A model generated the notes under the pieces. The model worked only from the letters and a program-made list of their open reading frames with translations, did not search any database and had not been told where the DNA came from. Both the position numbers and the translations under genes were made by a program. A stretch of DNA of 64,000 bases, taken from positions 13,394,001 through 13,458,000 of the forward strand of contig CM075990.1 in NCBI GenBank assembly GCA_038087875.1, given 5' to 3'. This DNA comes from Malacoraja senta. Its lineage: Eukaryota. This document shows positions 24,229 to 47,080 of the stretch, in pieces (the stretch's first letter is position 1; the number at the start of each line of letters is the position of its first letter).

Positions 24229-26179
24229 TTTCAATTAGTTCAGTGATTTGGTCTCCACAGCCCTGTGGGGTAGACATTTCCAAGGTTTATCCTCATCTGG
24301 TCCCTAAACAACTTAAGATTAATCATAAGCCTGTGATCTGTGGTTCTGGATTCCAAACCATTTTACAGAAGGCCACTTTACCCTGTGACAGTTTGCCAAA
24401 ATACAAAATGTATCTGAAATGCAATACTGTAAAAAATAATATTTTCTATGCTTATGCTTGAACGTTGTCATTGATTGATGTTTGATAGATTGCCCTCCAC
24501 CTAGCTTGCCTGAGATATTTGGTCCATCCATTACGTGGAAGATGCAAGACTGCAAAGTGATTGATTTGGGGCGGACAAGGAGTTTCCACCAAGGAGCTGT
24601 TGGCATCTAGCTCCAATTCCAAAGGCACAAAGGGTAGAGCCTGAAGACTGTGTCTCAATGGGACCACTTTCTTTTTCAATTCATGGGGCTTCTGCACAAT
24701 CTGCAGATCATCTTCAGCAACACCTTGTAAAATCTGGTCATCCCCAACAATGGAAGCAGTGGCCTGCGTAGAATACTGGGAGTAAACTATTAAAGAAGAT
24801 GGGCAGGAGTTACAACAAAGATTATGCATTGGTATTGCCTAATCAATAGGATTACAGATCACAAAATCAGTGGCACCAACCACCATATGGAGAGAACATA
24901 CAGAATGTTTAGCCGCAGCCAAACTAGAGCCTCTTCGGAAAGTAACATAACACATGTTGTCTCTTCCGTACCTGATTTGTATTTGCTGAAATTCTACACT
25001 TGTTCTCTCTCCCTTCCTTTTCCTGCTGTACTGTTCTTAATAGTTGTGTCAGGGCAGCACCTCAGTCCAAAATTGTTACTTGTGAAGACTGACTATCAAT
25101 TTAACAAACCATTCTTATTTTTACGGATTGAGAGGAACAATTGTAAAATATCTGTTTTTGAGCTGTTTGTTTTTTTCACTTATTTCTGTAGAACTGCTGC
25201 ATTTACGGTCCTGGCACGAATCTGACAGAATGATAAAAACAACATCCTCCAACTGTGCACACTGACTACAGATCTGAAACTTGCAACATGCTCCATTTCC
25301 ATTAATGTCAGAAGTCTCCTTGAAATTCACAACGTTAAATGATGCTATAATTACAAAGGTATGCTTCCACAGCTTTCCTTAGGTACCGGGTAGGAATAAT
25401 TTACCATTGGAATGACATAATTCAGCAAAACTCAACAAAATGAAGCTAAATGCTGGTGTTTTAAAATGGCTGAAATACTTGGCGCATGTATCCAAGAAAA
25501 CCAGAGTGTTTTGTTTTAAATGGGACTAGGTCAGCTGGACATCTTGGGTCAGCATAATTGAGTTGAGTTCTGAATGGCCTGTTTCTGTATAATTCGATGA
25601 CAGACCAGTATTTATCCTTTAAGCCAAAAGTCTGTAGCCTCTTTTATTTCATTCTTCACATGTTTAAATTATAATGTTTTATTTTTAATTTACCGTATAT
25701 CGTGTTATTACTTGCGAGCAAAGCACCAAGGCAAATTCTTTGGATGTATACATACTTGAATAATTTATTCTATTCAATTTAATTTAAGTAGGTGATGAGT
25801 CAGTTATTGAACAATTTGTCCCTGACTGAAGATACTCCTACTGTTTTGGTTAGGGTATTGCAGAATTTATAACTAAGGAGAATTGTTTTTAATTTGCACC
25901 AACATATTTTCACTAAGAGATTTCGGGGGTGGGGTAGCTTAGAGATTAATTTCATTTCTGAATTCTTCTGAGCCAAGCCACCAAAGGCAGGTGAGTTATT
26001 ACCCGATTGTACCACTGTCCCAGGCTGTCTACTTTCTCTTGTTTAATGTCTACAGTGTTGGATGTACTTGGGGTATAACTCAATTCTCTCTCCGACAGCT
26101 TATGTTACTCTTTGAGCGCCCAGAATAGATTGACTAGGTTTAGTCAAATTCTACAAGCTGAATTTGAAAATCAAAAGTG

Positions 26180-35881
<9,702 letters not shown>

Positions 35882-36108
35882 CTGTCTTGAAATCCTGCAA
35901 TGACTCATTTGGTGGGATTGGATAGTGGGTGGATGTTATTTCTTTGCATTACTTTGGTATTTTATGTGGGCCAGCCACAAAGGAAAAAATGGAATGCGTC
36001 AGGATATTTTCCACTTTGAAGACCTTTATAATGGTAGATATCATTTTTTGTGTGTCTCCTTTACAGCACTGGAGAAGGGAAGAAGACAAGTGATTGTGTA
36101 TTTCTAAT

Positions 36109-36114
36109 AATAAA
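36109..36114 (+). terminator. Candidate NUDT13 polyadenylation signal
   Basis: AATAAA about 230 nt after the stop, followed by U/GU-rich sequence. Confidence 0.55.
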
Positions 36115-36323
36115 AAATAATACTGTGGTATTTAACTTGTTTCTGCTTTAAACGTTTGATCCACAAAGTCAACCAACCAATTTGAATACATTCAAACCCG
36201 ATTTTCAGTATTAAAAACAACTTTCCAAACCTTCCTGTGTGGAAAAGCTCTTTTTGGTTTTGAGATTCAGCTTTTTGTGTCTTCAGTTTAAACCAGCATC
36301 GGCAGTTCCTTCCTGCATCGGCA

Positions 36324-36924
36324 GGTTCTACTGCAGTTGTACAGGGTCTTGGTGAGACCACACCTGGAGTATTGCGTACAGTTTTGGTCTCCAAATCTGA
36401 GGAAGGACATTATAGCCATAGAGGGAGTGCAGAGAAGGTTCACCAGACTGATTCCTGGGATGTCAGGACTTTCATATGAAGAAAGACTGGATAGACTTGG
36501 CTTATACTCGCTAGAATTTAGGAGATTGAGAGGGGATCTTATAGAAATGTACAAAATTCTTATGGGGTTGGACAGGCTAGATGCAGGAAGATTGTTTCCG
36601 ATGTTGGGGAAGTCCAGGACAAGGGGTCACAGCTTAAGGATAAGGGGGAAATCCTTTAAGACCGAGATGAGGAAAAACTTTTTCACACAGAGAGTGGTGA
36701 ATCTCTGGAACTCTCTGCCACAGAGGGTAGTTGAGGCCAGTTCATTGGCTATATTTAAGAGGTAGTTAGATGTGACCCTTGTGGCTAAGGGGATCAGGGG
36801 GTATGGAGAGAAGGCAGGTATGGGATACTGAGTTGGATGATCAGCCATGATCATATTGAATGGCGGTGCAGGCTCGAAGGGCCGAATGGCCTACTCCTGC
36901 ACCTATTATCTATGTATCTATGTA
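36324..36924 (+). mobile_element. CR1 LINE 3' fragment (left arm of an inverted pair)
   Basis: ORF 36337-36765 YRVLVRPHLEYCVQFWSP...; tail tctatgtatctatgta. Confidence 0.93.
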
Positions 36925-36952
36925 CACATTCCCTCTCCTTCCTATTGTTTGA

Positions 36953-38608
36953 TACATAGATACATAGAAAATAGGTGCAGGAGTAGGCCATTCGGCCCTT
37001 CGAGCCTGCACCGCCATTCAATATGATCATGGCTGATCATCCAACTCAGTATCCCGTACCTGCCTTCTCTCCATACCCCCTGATCCCTTTAGCCACAAGG
37101 GCCACATCTAACTCCCTCTTAAATATAGCGAATGAACTGGCCTCAACTACCTTCTGTGGCAGAGAGTTCCAGAGATTCACCACTCTCTGTGTGAAAAAGT
37201 TTTTCCTCATCTCGGTCTTAAAGGATTTCCCCCTTATCCTTAAACTGTGACCCCTTGTCCTGGACTTCCCCAACATCGGGAACAATCTTCCTGCATCTAG
37301 CCTGTCCAACCCCATAAGAATTTTGTACGTTTCTATAAGATCCCCTCTCAATCTCCTAAATTCTAGCGAGTATAAGCCAAGTCTATCCAGTCTTTCTTCA
37401 TATGAAAGTCCTGACATCCCAGGAATCAGTTTGGTGAACCTCTGCACTCCCTCTATGGCTATAATGTCCTTCCTCAGATTTGGAGACCAAAACTGTACGC
37501 AATACTCCAGGTGTGGTCTCACCAAGACCCTGTACAACTGCAGTAGAACCTCCCGGCTCCTATACTCAAATCCTTTTGCTACGAAAGCTAACATACCATT
37601 CGCTTTCTTCACTGCCTGCTGCACCTGCATGCCTACTTTCAATGACTGGTGTACCATGACACCCAGGTCTCGCTGCATCTCCCCATTTCCTAATCGGCCA
37701 CCATTTAGATAATAGTCTGCTTTCCTGTTTTTGCCACCAAAGTGGATAACCTCACATTTATCCACATTATACTGCATCTGCCAAACATTTGCCCACTCAC
37801 CCAGCCTATCCAAGTCACCTTGCAGTCTCCTAGCATCCTCCTCACAGCTAACACTGCCCCCCAGCTTAGTGTCATCCGCAAACTTGGAGATGTTGCCTTC
37901 AATTCCCTCATCCAGATCATTAATATAAATTGTAAATAGCTGGGGTCCCAGCACTGAGCCTTGCGGTACCCCACTTATCACTGCCTGCCATTGTGAAAAG
38001 GACCCGTTTACTCCTACTCTTTGCTTCCTGTTTGCCAGCCAGTTCTCTATCCACATCAATACTGAACCCCCAATACCGTGTGCTTTAAGTTTGTATACTA
38101 ATCTCTTATGTGGTACCTTGTCGAAAGCCTTCTGAAAGTCCAGATACAACACATCCACGGGTTCTCCCCTATCCACTCTACTAGTTACATCCTTGAAAAA
38201 TTCTATAAGATTCGTCAGACACGATTTACCTTTCGTAAATCCATGCTGACTTTGTCCAATGATTTCACCACTTTCCAAATGTGTTGCTATCCCATCTTTA
38301 ATAACTGACTCTAGCAGTTTCCCCACTACCGATGTTAGACTAACTGGTCTGTAATTCCCCGTTTTCTCTCTCCCTCCCTTCTTAAATAGTGGGGTTACGT
38401 TTGCTACCCTCCAATCCTCAGGAACTACTCCAGAATCTAAAGAGTTTTGAAAAATTATCACTAATGCATCCACTATTTCTGGAGCTACTTCCTTAAGTAC
38501 TCTGGGATGCAGCCTATCTGGCCATGGTGATTTATCGGCCTTTAATCCATTCAATTTACCCAACACCACTTCCCGACTAACCTGGATTTCACTCAGTTCC
38601 TCAGTCAC
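36953..38608 (-). mobile_element. CR1 LINE, 5'-truncated, with an open 520-codon RT/C-terminal frame
   Basis: ORF 37046-38608 has uninterrupted RT motifs ([26 protein letters not shown]); tail tacatagatacatag. Confidence 0.95.
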
Positions 38609-40289
38609 TCAGTTGATAGTTTGTATCAGTCATCCAAAGGAAAAATGTGGGATTGTGTTTTTAAAAAAAGGTTTATTCCTTGACACCAGCTGATATCGTC
38701 ATCTTTAATGCATGTTTTTGGAAACATTATTTTCAATTATTGTTCACAGATAATCTGATTCATTAAAACAATTAGTTATGCTCATAAAGTCTTTTTTTTT
38801 TTTAAGTATCTCTGAACTAGTCTAGACTAGTAATGTTATGTAAGAGAAATTGTGGATTACTGTAATTAGACATGTAAAGTTAATTACAAAGTTCCTTGCA
38901 TCTTTATATTTAATTAGCCATTTTTTATCAAGAATTGATTTTTAACAGGATCTCACAACAATGTTTAGTTTGTTACCTCAGTTAAAGATTGAATCAGTGA
39001 AGGATTAGATAACACCCAAGGTAGGCATACAATCTTGAATATTTAGTAAAATAAATATCGTTTTATATGTCCTGTATACCAGGCCCTAAATTGAATATTC
39101 AATATTTTAACATTCAAGATGGGTGCATAAAAATCATAGTATACAGCGTGTGACAATGGCCAGCATTGCATCTGTCTCTCCTGCTTGTTACTTTTTCAAA
39201 GAAATCCACCAGATTTGTCAAGCAAGTTCTCCCCTTAACAAAACAATGCCGACTTCAGCCTATTTTATCATGTGCTTCAAAATACCCCGAAACCATAATA
39301 ATAGTGTCCTTAATAATGGACTTTAAAGTCTTACCAACCATTGAAGTCGGCTAACCGGCCTATAATTTCCATTCTTTGGCCTCCCTCTCTTCTTAAGCAG
39401 TGAAGTTACATTCATGATTTAAAAAAAAATCTTTTAAAAATCTGACCTAAATCATCTCTGTTCTAGGTAAAAAGATAATAGCTTTTCTTTTTTCTTCACG
39501 ACTGAAATCCTTCACTCCTGTTAATGTTCCAATCCTTTTTCTAAATATTTAGGAGTTGACAATTATCAACATATCTTCTCCTGATCTGAAATGGTGATAA
39601 ATCTTATACAGGATCGCATTTCACTTTAATTTTTTTCTGGGATGGTTTAAAAAAAAATGTTTGGCTGTCTGGGCTTTTGAGTGTGAAGCTTCAAGAAGGA
39701 AATCATTTGGCCTGTCAGGTACAAATTTAATGGATTCTGGAAAATTGGCAGTTCCATTTTCAGAGCCTGAAAAATTACCAGCTTGACCATATCTCAGTGT
39801 GACAGTTCTGACACATGCTGGCAAATGGATCTATGATGAAAAATTCCATGAAATCAATTTCTCAGAGGAAAACTGAATCACTTTGTATGGGTCAGCATTT
39901 GGGCGATGAAATTAAGAAGTTGTTGTGTTGTTTGTAAATCAGAGCTGGAAATATTGGGTATTAAGTATAATATATGGATCTGAGTTTAGCCTCAAGCAGG
40001 AAAGACTCAACAACAGTGTGTGTTATAGTGGATGATTTGTTGCAAGATAAATATGTTACTACAGAATGCTTACAGTTCTGTTCATCACATTTTATAATTC
40101 ATTTAAAGCAGGTGGCTGATGTTGGCAAAGTATTTAAAATATAGATGGCACCAAAAATGTGTGAGTTATACATACAGGTCCTCTGCAGGTTATGACAGGG
40201 TTCAGTTTCTGAAAACTGTTCCTAACCCTGATAGTGTGCAAGCTGGAAATATGGCAATCTGGCAATATACTTAAATAAAAACATAGGGC

Positions 40290-40955
40290 CAATCAAGGCA
40301 ACTTTACAAAAGTCATTAGGTCATACATGGCATTATTATGGGTAGTTCTGGTTGCCACATTATAGTATGTGGTGGGCTCTGGGGAGAATAGAGGAGATTC
40401 ACCAAGTTTTGTTTAAGAAAGAACTGCAGATGCTGGTAAAATCGAAGGTAGACACAAAATGTTCAGCGAGTGAGGCAGCATATACGGAGAGAAGGAGTCG
40501 GCGACGTTTCGCGTCGAGACCCTCCTTCAGATTCACCAAGTTGTTGCCTGGATTGGAGGACTTTGTGAGGAAAGATTGGATAGGCTGAGCTTATTTTCCC
40601 TGTAACAAAGGAGGCTGAACGATGATCTGATAGAGATGTATAAAATAGTAAGAATGGAGTAGATAATCAAAATCTTTTTCCTATGATACGGGTAACAAAG
40701 ACAAGAGGGCAGCATGTTAAGGTGAGATGAAAGATTTTTAAAGAGGATTTGAGGGGAACGTTTGCTTGAATCTTAGTGTGGTTGAATCTTAAAGTCATTG
40801 CCAGAGGATGTGATGGAAATTTCACAGGTACTTAAACAGGCAAGAGATAAAAGGATGGAGGATCTTTGTTGGGCAAATGGAATGGTGTAAATGCACAAAA
40901 CAGTTAACATGCTGAGATGAAACAAAGGACCTGTTACTGTGTTGTAGAACCATGA
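40290..40955 (+). mobile_element. Old CR1 3' fragment interrupted by a Penelope-derived insert (about 40409-40528, - strand)
   Basis: Decayed CR1 C-terminal and 3'UTR sequence, with the direct repeat AGATTCACCAAGTT on both sides of the insert. Confidence 0.7.
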
Positions 40956-41595
40956 CAGGTTGTGACATGGGCGACAATCAGTTTAGTGTTGGTTGGTGGG
41001 ATTAAGTTTAATAGCTGCTTTTATGACCAGCACAGACCAAGTGATCTTACAATTTCTACGATTTTTTATATTGGACTTTTTAACATTATGTAACGACTTG
41101 AAATTAGAAACAGGGTATTTAAAAATCAAGGCCATCAATTCAAAAGAGCCACGAAGAAACAGTCACGAACAGTCCCAATTTACCCGACGGACACTTGTTT
41201 TTTCCCCCCCAATATAAAACGGCATATTTCATAGAGTCCAAACTTTGCAAGGTGCTAAAGTAAATACTTTTAAAGTAATCTCACACCCGAGATAATGAAA
41301 TCCAATTGAATTGAAATCCACCTCCTTTTAATTTTGATTTAAGGCCATTCTATAGATGAAGTTCATCAACTTTTTCCTCCTACTGTAGTAAATACTGGAT
41401 ATATTTTTTGAATCATAGCATATCTTTCTGAATTGCAATCCTGGAGGATTTGACGAATCTTGTAAATCATTAACCACTGTGAAAATAAAGGTCCGTTGCA
41501 AGTGGTCAATTTGGTTCTGTCCACATTTTTGTGGCCCATGGTTAATCTTTAATTTGACGAGTTTGATTTCCCACCCTGTCTCCCCATTCAATGGG

Positions 41596-41766
41596 ATGGC
41601 GGCAGAGGTCCCCGCACCAGAGCGTGGCTGCCGGTGGCTCCTGTGTGGCTGCTGGTTCTCAGCTTGGGCTCTCTACACCATCTGCTCCGCGTTCTCAGAG
41701 TTCGTCAGCAAAGTCTTCATCAGCCAGTACCGCTTCAGCTTCCCTGCCTTCATCGTCCTCTGTCAG
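41596..41766 (+). CDS. SLC35D3-like exon 1
   Basis: gggATGG Kozak context; MAAEVPAPERGCRWLLCG..KVFISQYRFSFPAFIVLCQ|gtgagt. Confidence 0.85.
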
Positions 41767-44700
41767 GTGAGTAGAGCTGACAAACAGCTAGGGATTGGTG
41801 GTCTGGGCCATTGCTCTGTTACTGTGACAAGTGGGTCTGAGCAGGAATACAACCCCGTCCTCAGCGGGACAATTTCTTGGTACGTCACTTTGCTGTTGAT
41901 AAGTGGGTGACAAATTTCACCCTTAACAACGGGGCTTCAGACAAATGTTTTAAACTTGATATTACTTTGTTTGTCAGTAAAAACCCGAATTAGGAACACT
42001 TTTAGCTTCGGAGTAATCTTTAACCTTAGTCAGTAGGTCGTACATTTCAGCTTGCAGGTTTGAGTACAAAATCCAAGACTCCGCGTTATACTGGTATACT
42101 TTATCTTAATCAGTATGATAATGGTGGTAATGTCACTCCTTGCACAAATTTCCCACACTTTTTAATGAAATACATAATCGATTTAAAAAGGTAAATCCTA
42201 TCTTATATTCCCAGTGTTGAGGGTACATTACTCTATTGGAGGTGCTATCCTTTGAACAAGAAGTTGTCGCCTAGTATAAAAGGGAAATATACTTAAGACC
42301 ACCATGGATGTTTGTCCCAGAGCCTTAGTCAACATTTAGACTTCACACAATAACCGATGCATTATCTGTTCTTTTTCACATTACTCTGTGTGTATAAGTT
42401 AGCTGCTGTCTCCTTCGTTACAATATCGTTGCACAATGTGAAATTCACTAGCTGTAAAGAACATTTGGACATTCCCAAGCTGAGTAGGTTCCCAACCCGA
42501 ATCTCAACACCTTCCATAACATAGCAACTTCATTTATGGATGCCACTGTAAACATTGATTCCCCCTTTCACTGATGCACAGTGTACCACCAACAAAATGC
42601 ACTAAAGTTACTCGTCAAGACAATTCCAACTCCAAACCCAGAACCTCTGCCACTCAGGATAATTGATTTGGAAATACGGAACACCACCACACGCTCGCTC
42701 CCCTCCAAATCACACACAATCCCGATTTAGGAATCCACTGGCCTTTCATCTTCACCGGACTAAATCCTGGAAATGCCGTTTCAACAGCACGGTGGGAGAA
42801 TATTCACCAGAGGGTGATTCGAGATGGCAGTTCACCATCTTCTTCTCAAGGCAATTAGAGATGAGCAGTGACACTCAGAAAATGAATAAAGAACTCTTTA
42901 TGATTCTTTATGCCTGTTTGAACTAGAAACTTTCAGGTTCATTGACAAGCAATGTTGAATAAGAAGTATTTTTCTTAAATAACAATTTCATTACCTTTGA
43001 ATTCAGAAGATTGTGGCACTTTGGCAGACACCTGAGCAAAAGGTAAAAGGTTTGGCCGTTAACTAATTTGGATACAGTACAACGGTTCAAACCGTACTGC
43101 AGGAAGATAAGCTTCATAACGAGGATTGATGTGCCACTGCCATGGCGTGTTGCACTATCGGTGTTGAAACAATCATGTTTGCCTTTCAATAACGTCACTG
43201 TACCATTTCAAGAGTACTGATCCTCTCACTGTCCTGGTCAAAACTCCCACATCAATTAATAGTATGTAAAACAGGACAAAATATGTCATCCCATTGTTAT
43301 TTGTGGGAGCTTGTTTTGCACCAAATAACATGGATGTATACAGTTTTAAAGTCATTTACTGTGTGACTTTGAGACACTTGGAGATATGACAATATTTCAT
43401 AAATATACATACTGTTCTAAACTGTTTATCTTTTGATAGGCGCTACTAACCATTGGCATGCTGCAGTTACTCAAACGAGTTGGGCTACTGAAGATTCGGC
43501 CCTATTTACTGGAGAATGGAGAGATTTTTTTGCTCCCTTCTATTTGTTTCTGTTTTCATTCCATCCTCATCCTGTGGTCTGTGACCAACTCCAGCTCCAC
43601 TGTCTTCACCTTCATCAGGCGGTTCACCCCAGTGGCCAGCTTAGCCCTGACGCAAACATTCAACTTGAAAAAGAGAGCATCTACCGGCAGTGCCTTCCTT
43701 GTGCTCCTGGTCACTTTGTGCTCAGTTCTTGCAGGTAAGATGCGATGATGGATAATTTGTTTTGTATAATTTGCATTAAAACTTTCAAAACATCTCAAAG
43801 TACTTTACAGACAATAACGTGTTAGCGTTGCTGTAAAGTGGACAATATGATAATCTTTGCAAAGCAATTCCATCAAAAACTGTGAGACCAACCCATGAAG
43901 TCAATTTCTGGGTTTGTTGGGTGGAGGAGCAGTATTGGCCCAAAATAGAGAGAATAACTCCACTGCTTTTGTTTCCCAAAATACTGCCAGAGCTTTTGCA
44001 TTTAGAGAGCAGCTCAGACCCTAGTTTGATATTTCTTCCAAATAATGGCAATTCCAGTAATGCAGTACTCTGTTACCTCAATTAAGTGCAAGTCTTGATA
44101 AATCACTTCAGAGTACTTTCTGTTATATAAATGCAAGACTGTAGATTCAAGTTTGACCTCCTAATCTAATGTACATCCCACCTCTACAATATCTTAGTTT
44201 GTACCTTCGCCTTGGCATTCATCCATTACCACTGTATTCTAGCCTCTGTGGCAGTGGCGTCAGTGGTCATTGACAAATCCACACCTGACCAGAAGAGTGT
44301 TTCTGATGTTTTTTCTGTAAATTGAATTGTTTGTGTGTCGTGTAGGAATTGTTTTGTTTGTATGGCTGTGGAAACGGAGTTTCGTTTGAGCCTCTTTGAG
44401 GTTCAAATGACAAGAAATATAATCTAAAAAAAAAAGGTATTTGGAGATTTTTCTTTATTATAGAGATAATTCTTCTGTCATCAGCTGTGGAGGTCTTCCT
44501 TGGCCTGCCAGTCCCTTTGTGATTAGTAAGCTCACCAGTGCTCTCTTTGTAATGATGTTCCAAATAGGTGATTTTGGTAAGCCTAAGGTTTGGCTGACAG
44601 TTTTATTTTTGTTTCTCAGTCTCAAAATGGCTTCTTTGACTTTTATTAGCACAACTTTGGTCATGTTGATAAACAGTAATAAAAGTTTCCAAAGGTGGAA

Positions 44701-47080
44701 AGACCGGAGGAAAGACGAGGTGACGAGAGCTCTCTTATACCTGCATTAAGGAGGCAATTAAACACACCTGAGCAATTACAAACACCTGTGAAGCCATGTG
44801 TCCCAAACATTATGATGTCCTGAAATGGGTTTTGGGGGGGGGGGGGGGGGGGGAGACACTGTGTATAAACACAGCTGTAATTTCTACATGGTGAAACCAA
44901 AATTATAAAAATACCCTTTAATAAAACCTGACAATGTGCACTTTAACCACATGTGATTTTTTTCTATTATAAATCGCAAATTGTAGAGTACAGAGGCAAA
45001 TAAACAGTGGGTCTTTGTCCCAAACATTGTGGAGGGCACTGTATATTCCAAGCTTTGCACAAGAGATTAACAGATTCACAGAAGAAAATATTAAAAGATG
45101 CACTCAAAGCCTCCATGAAGAAATACAACATTCCAACTGACTAATGGGAATCACAAACATATGGCCGCTCAAAGTGGAGAAGGAGCAATTGGGATGACAT
45201 TGAGAACGATAGATCAATGCAGCAGGAACAGATAGGTCCTGTGTAAATGTCGGAATGAGTGCACCATCTCACACACCATTCAACTGCCCATCCTCTCAGG
45301 CATCTCGTAATCCATTTGTGGAAGAATTGGCTTCATCAGTCACTTCAAGACCATGGAAGACAGAGTGGGAGCAAGTTATTCCCAACCCCCGAGAGACTGA
45401 AGTAGAAAGGGCCCAGCAAAGCACAAACCTGTCACTTTGGGGCAGACAATAAATGCAGCTGGGGCTGGCCTTAAACATCATGCTCATACAGTGGCATCTG
45501 AAGATAGTTGCCTGACAATATCCTGAGGGTGTCATTGTGCTCCAAGCCTGGGGCAATGGCTGAAGGGAGGAAGAAAGAAAACCAGTGCCTTGCGGTGATT
45601 GTCACATCCCGTGAATGATTTCCAAAAGAGTTAATGTCAAACTCAAAAATTCGCTGACTTCTCTAGTAACAAATATGATCTTGATTTTCAACAAACATGA
45701 ACCAGAATTTGGAGCAGTTTATCTTATCTTTATTTAAAATTGCATCATTGTTACCTTTTATCAGCAATAATCTAGAGATAATTTGTAGAACATTGGCAAA
45801 TATTAATCACTGGGATTTGAGCAGCATGGTTCACAGAAGTTAGTGTTGCCTCAGTGAAACCCCAGCAACCCAGGTTCAATTCTAACCCGGGATGCTGCCT
45901 GCGTGGAGCTTGCATGTTCTTCCTATTGCCCAACACGTATTTAAAATTTGCCCCTCTCACCTTAAAGCTAGACCCTTAGTTTTTGACATTGTCACTGGGG
46001 AAAATAGTACTAAGTGTTTACTTCTACCCTATGTATGCCTCACGTAATTTTTACACTTTTATTAGGTCTCCTCTGAACCTCTGACGTTCCATTGAAAACA
46101 ACCCGTTTGTCCAAAGATAGACACAAAAACCTGGAGTAACTCAGGCAGCATCTCTGGAGAAAAGGAATAGGTGAATTTTCGGGTTGAGACCCTTCTTCTC
46201 TGATGATGGGTCTCAACCCAAAACGTCACCTATTCCTTTCCTCCAGAGATGCTGCCAGACCCGCTAAGTTACTCTAGCTTTTTTGTGTCCCTCTTCGGTG
46301 TAAACAAACATCTGCAGTTCCTTCCTACATACCAAGTTTGTCCAACCTTTATACCTAATACTCTCTAACCCAGGCAGCATCCTCCTAAACCTCTTCTACA
46401 CTTTCTCTGAAGCACAATAACTTCATTTCTCACCACCAGTAGCTCAACTGATATTCACTTGTAAAATATTGTTTTGAAGAATGTGAAAGCAAGAAAGTGA
46501 AAAACATGACCAATATTCTAATAATAAATCCTAACCAAGTACTGTTCTCATTGGTCCTTCCTTAGGTGTCCGCACCTTCAATGATGAAGCCATTGTTTAC
46601 GTCTATGGGTTGATGAACATCATGCTCGAGAGCACTTATCTCACTTTGCTCCAAAGGATTTGTGAAGACCAAAAGACATCAGTGGTAGATGTTCACTACA
46701 CCTGTACCATCAACAGTTGCCCACTGCTGTTTGTGTACTGCCTTCTCCATCCAGATACTCATCAGATCTACCCTTTGGGAAGTTGGACCAGTCTGATCTT
46801 TTTGGGCTTCTTTTCCTTGGTGCTGCTCCTGGGATGTTTCCTGAAGCTTCTCGCTTGCCTGTGCACTTTGCTGAGTTCAGCACTGATGGCGAGCATGATG
46901 GAGGTTGCGAAGACAGACGTACTGACTCTAAGGAGCATCATTGCATGTGAATGGACAGTCTCGCCATCACAGCTCACGAGTCTTCTCATCAGTGCCAGTG
47001 GAGTGGGCATCTTTATATATAAAGATTGCAGAGAAACAAATAAATCAACGAGGAACGAGACTGTGGGATTCAAACTCTGA
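41596..47080 (+). CDS. SLC35D3-like nucleotide-sugar transporter (SLC35D/DMT family); join(41596..41766,43440..43734,46566..47080), 326 aa
   Basis: GT-AG introns of phase 0 and 1; 981 nt with no stops; multiple hydrophobic TM segments. Colinear similarity to SLC35D3 as recalled: KVFISQYRFSF ~ KFLISRYQFSF, LQLLKRVGLL ~ LELLRRLGLI, IRRFTP ~ FKRCLP, CSVLAG ~ GAALAG, YLTLLQR ~ YLVLIQK, CPLL ~ TPLL, LLGC ~ LIGC, CTLLSSA ~ CTYINSA. Confidence 0.85.
43440..43734 (+). CDS. SLC35D3-like exon 2
   Basis: ttttgatag|ALLTIGMLQLLKRVGLLKIRPY...LVTLCSVLA G|gtaaga. Confidence 0.88.
44440..45041 (-). mobile_element. Tc1 IR/DR transposon, 5' half only, in SLC35D3-like intron 2
   Basis: Ends ...CCCAAACATTGTGGAGGGCACTG|TA; N-terminal transposase remnant MTKVVLIKVKEAILRLRNKNKTV on -. 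Confidence 0.88.
46116..46330. mobile_element. Penelope-derived fold-back element
   Basis: Inverted arms around cccttcttctctgatgatggg; degenerate hammerhead cores on both strands. Confidence 0.75.
46566..47080 (+). CDS. SLC35D3-like exon 3 (terminal)
   Basis: ccttccttag|GT VRTFNDEAIVYVYGLMNIMLESTYLTLLQRIC...GVGIFIYKDCRETNKSTRNETVGFKL*. Confidence 0.88.

Noticed and set aside
37046..38608. 520-aa reverse-transcriptase ORF as a host gene or active element
   Set aside because: It is a 5'-truncated CR1 with no endonuclease domain, ORF1 or promoter, so it cannot be autonomous.
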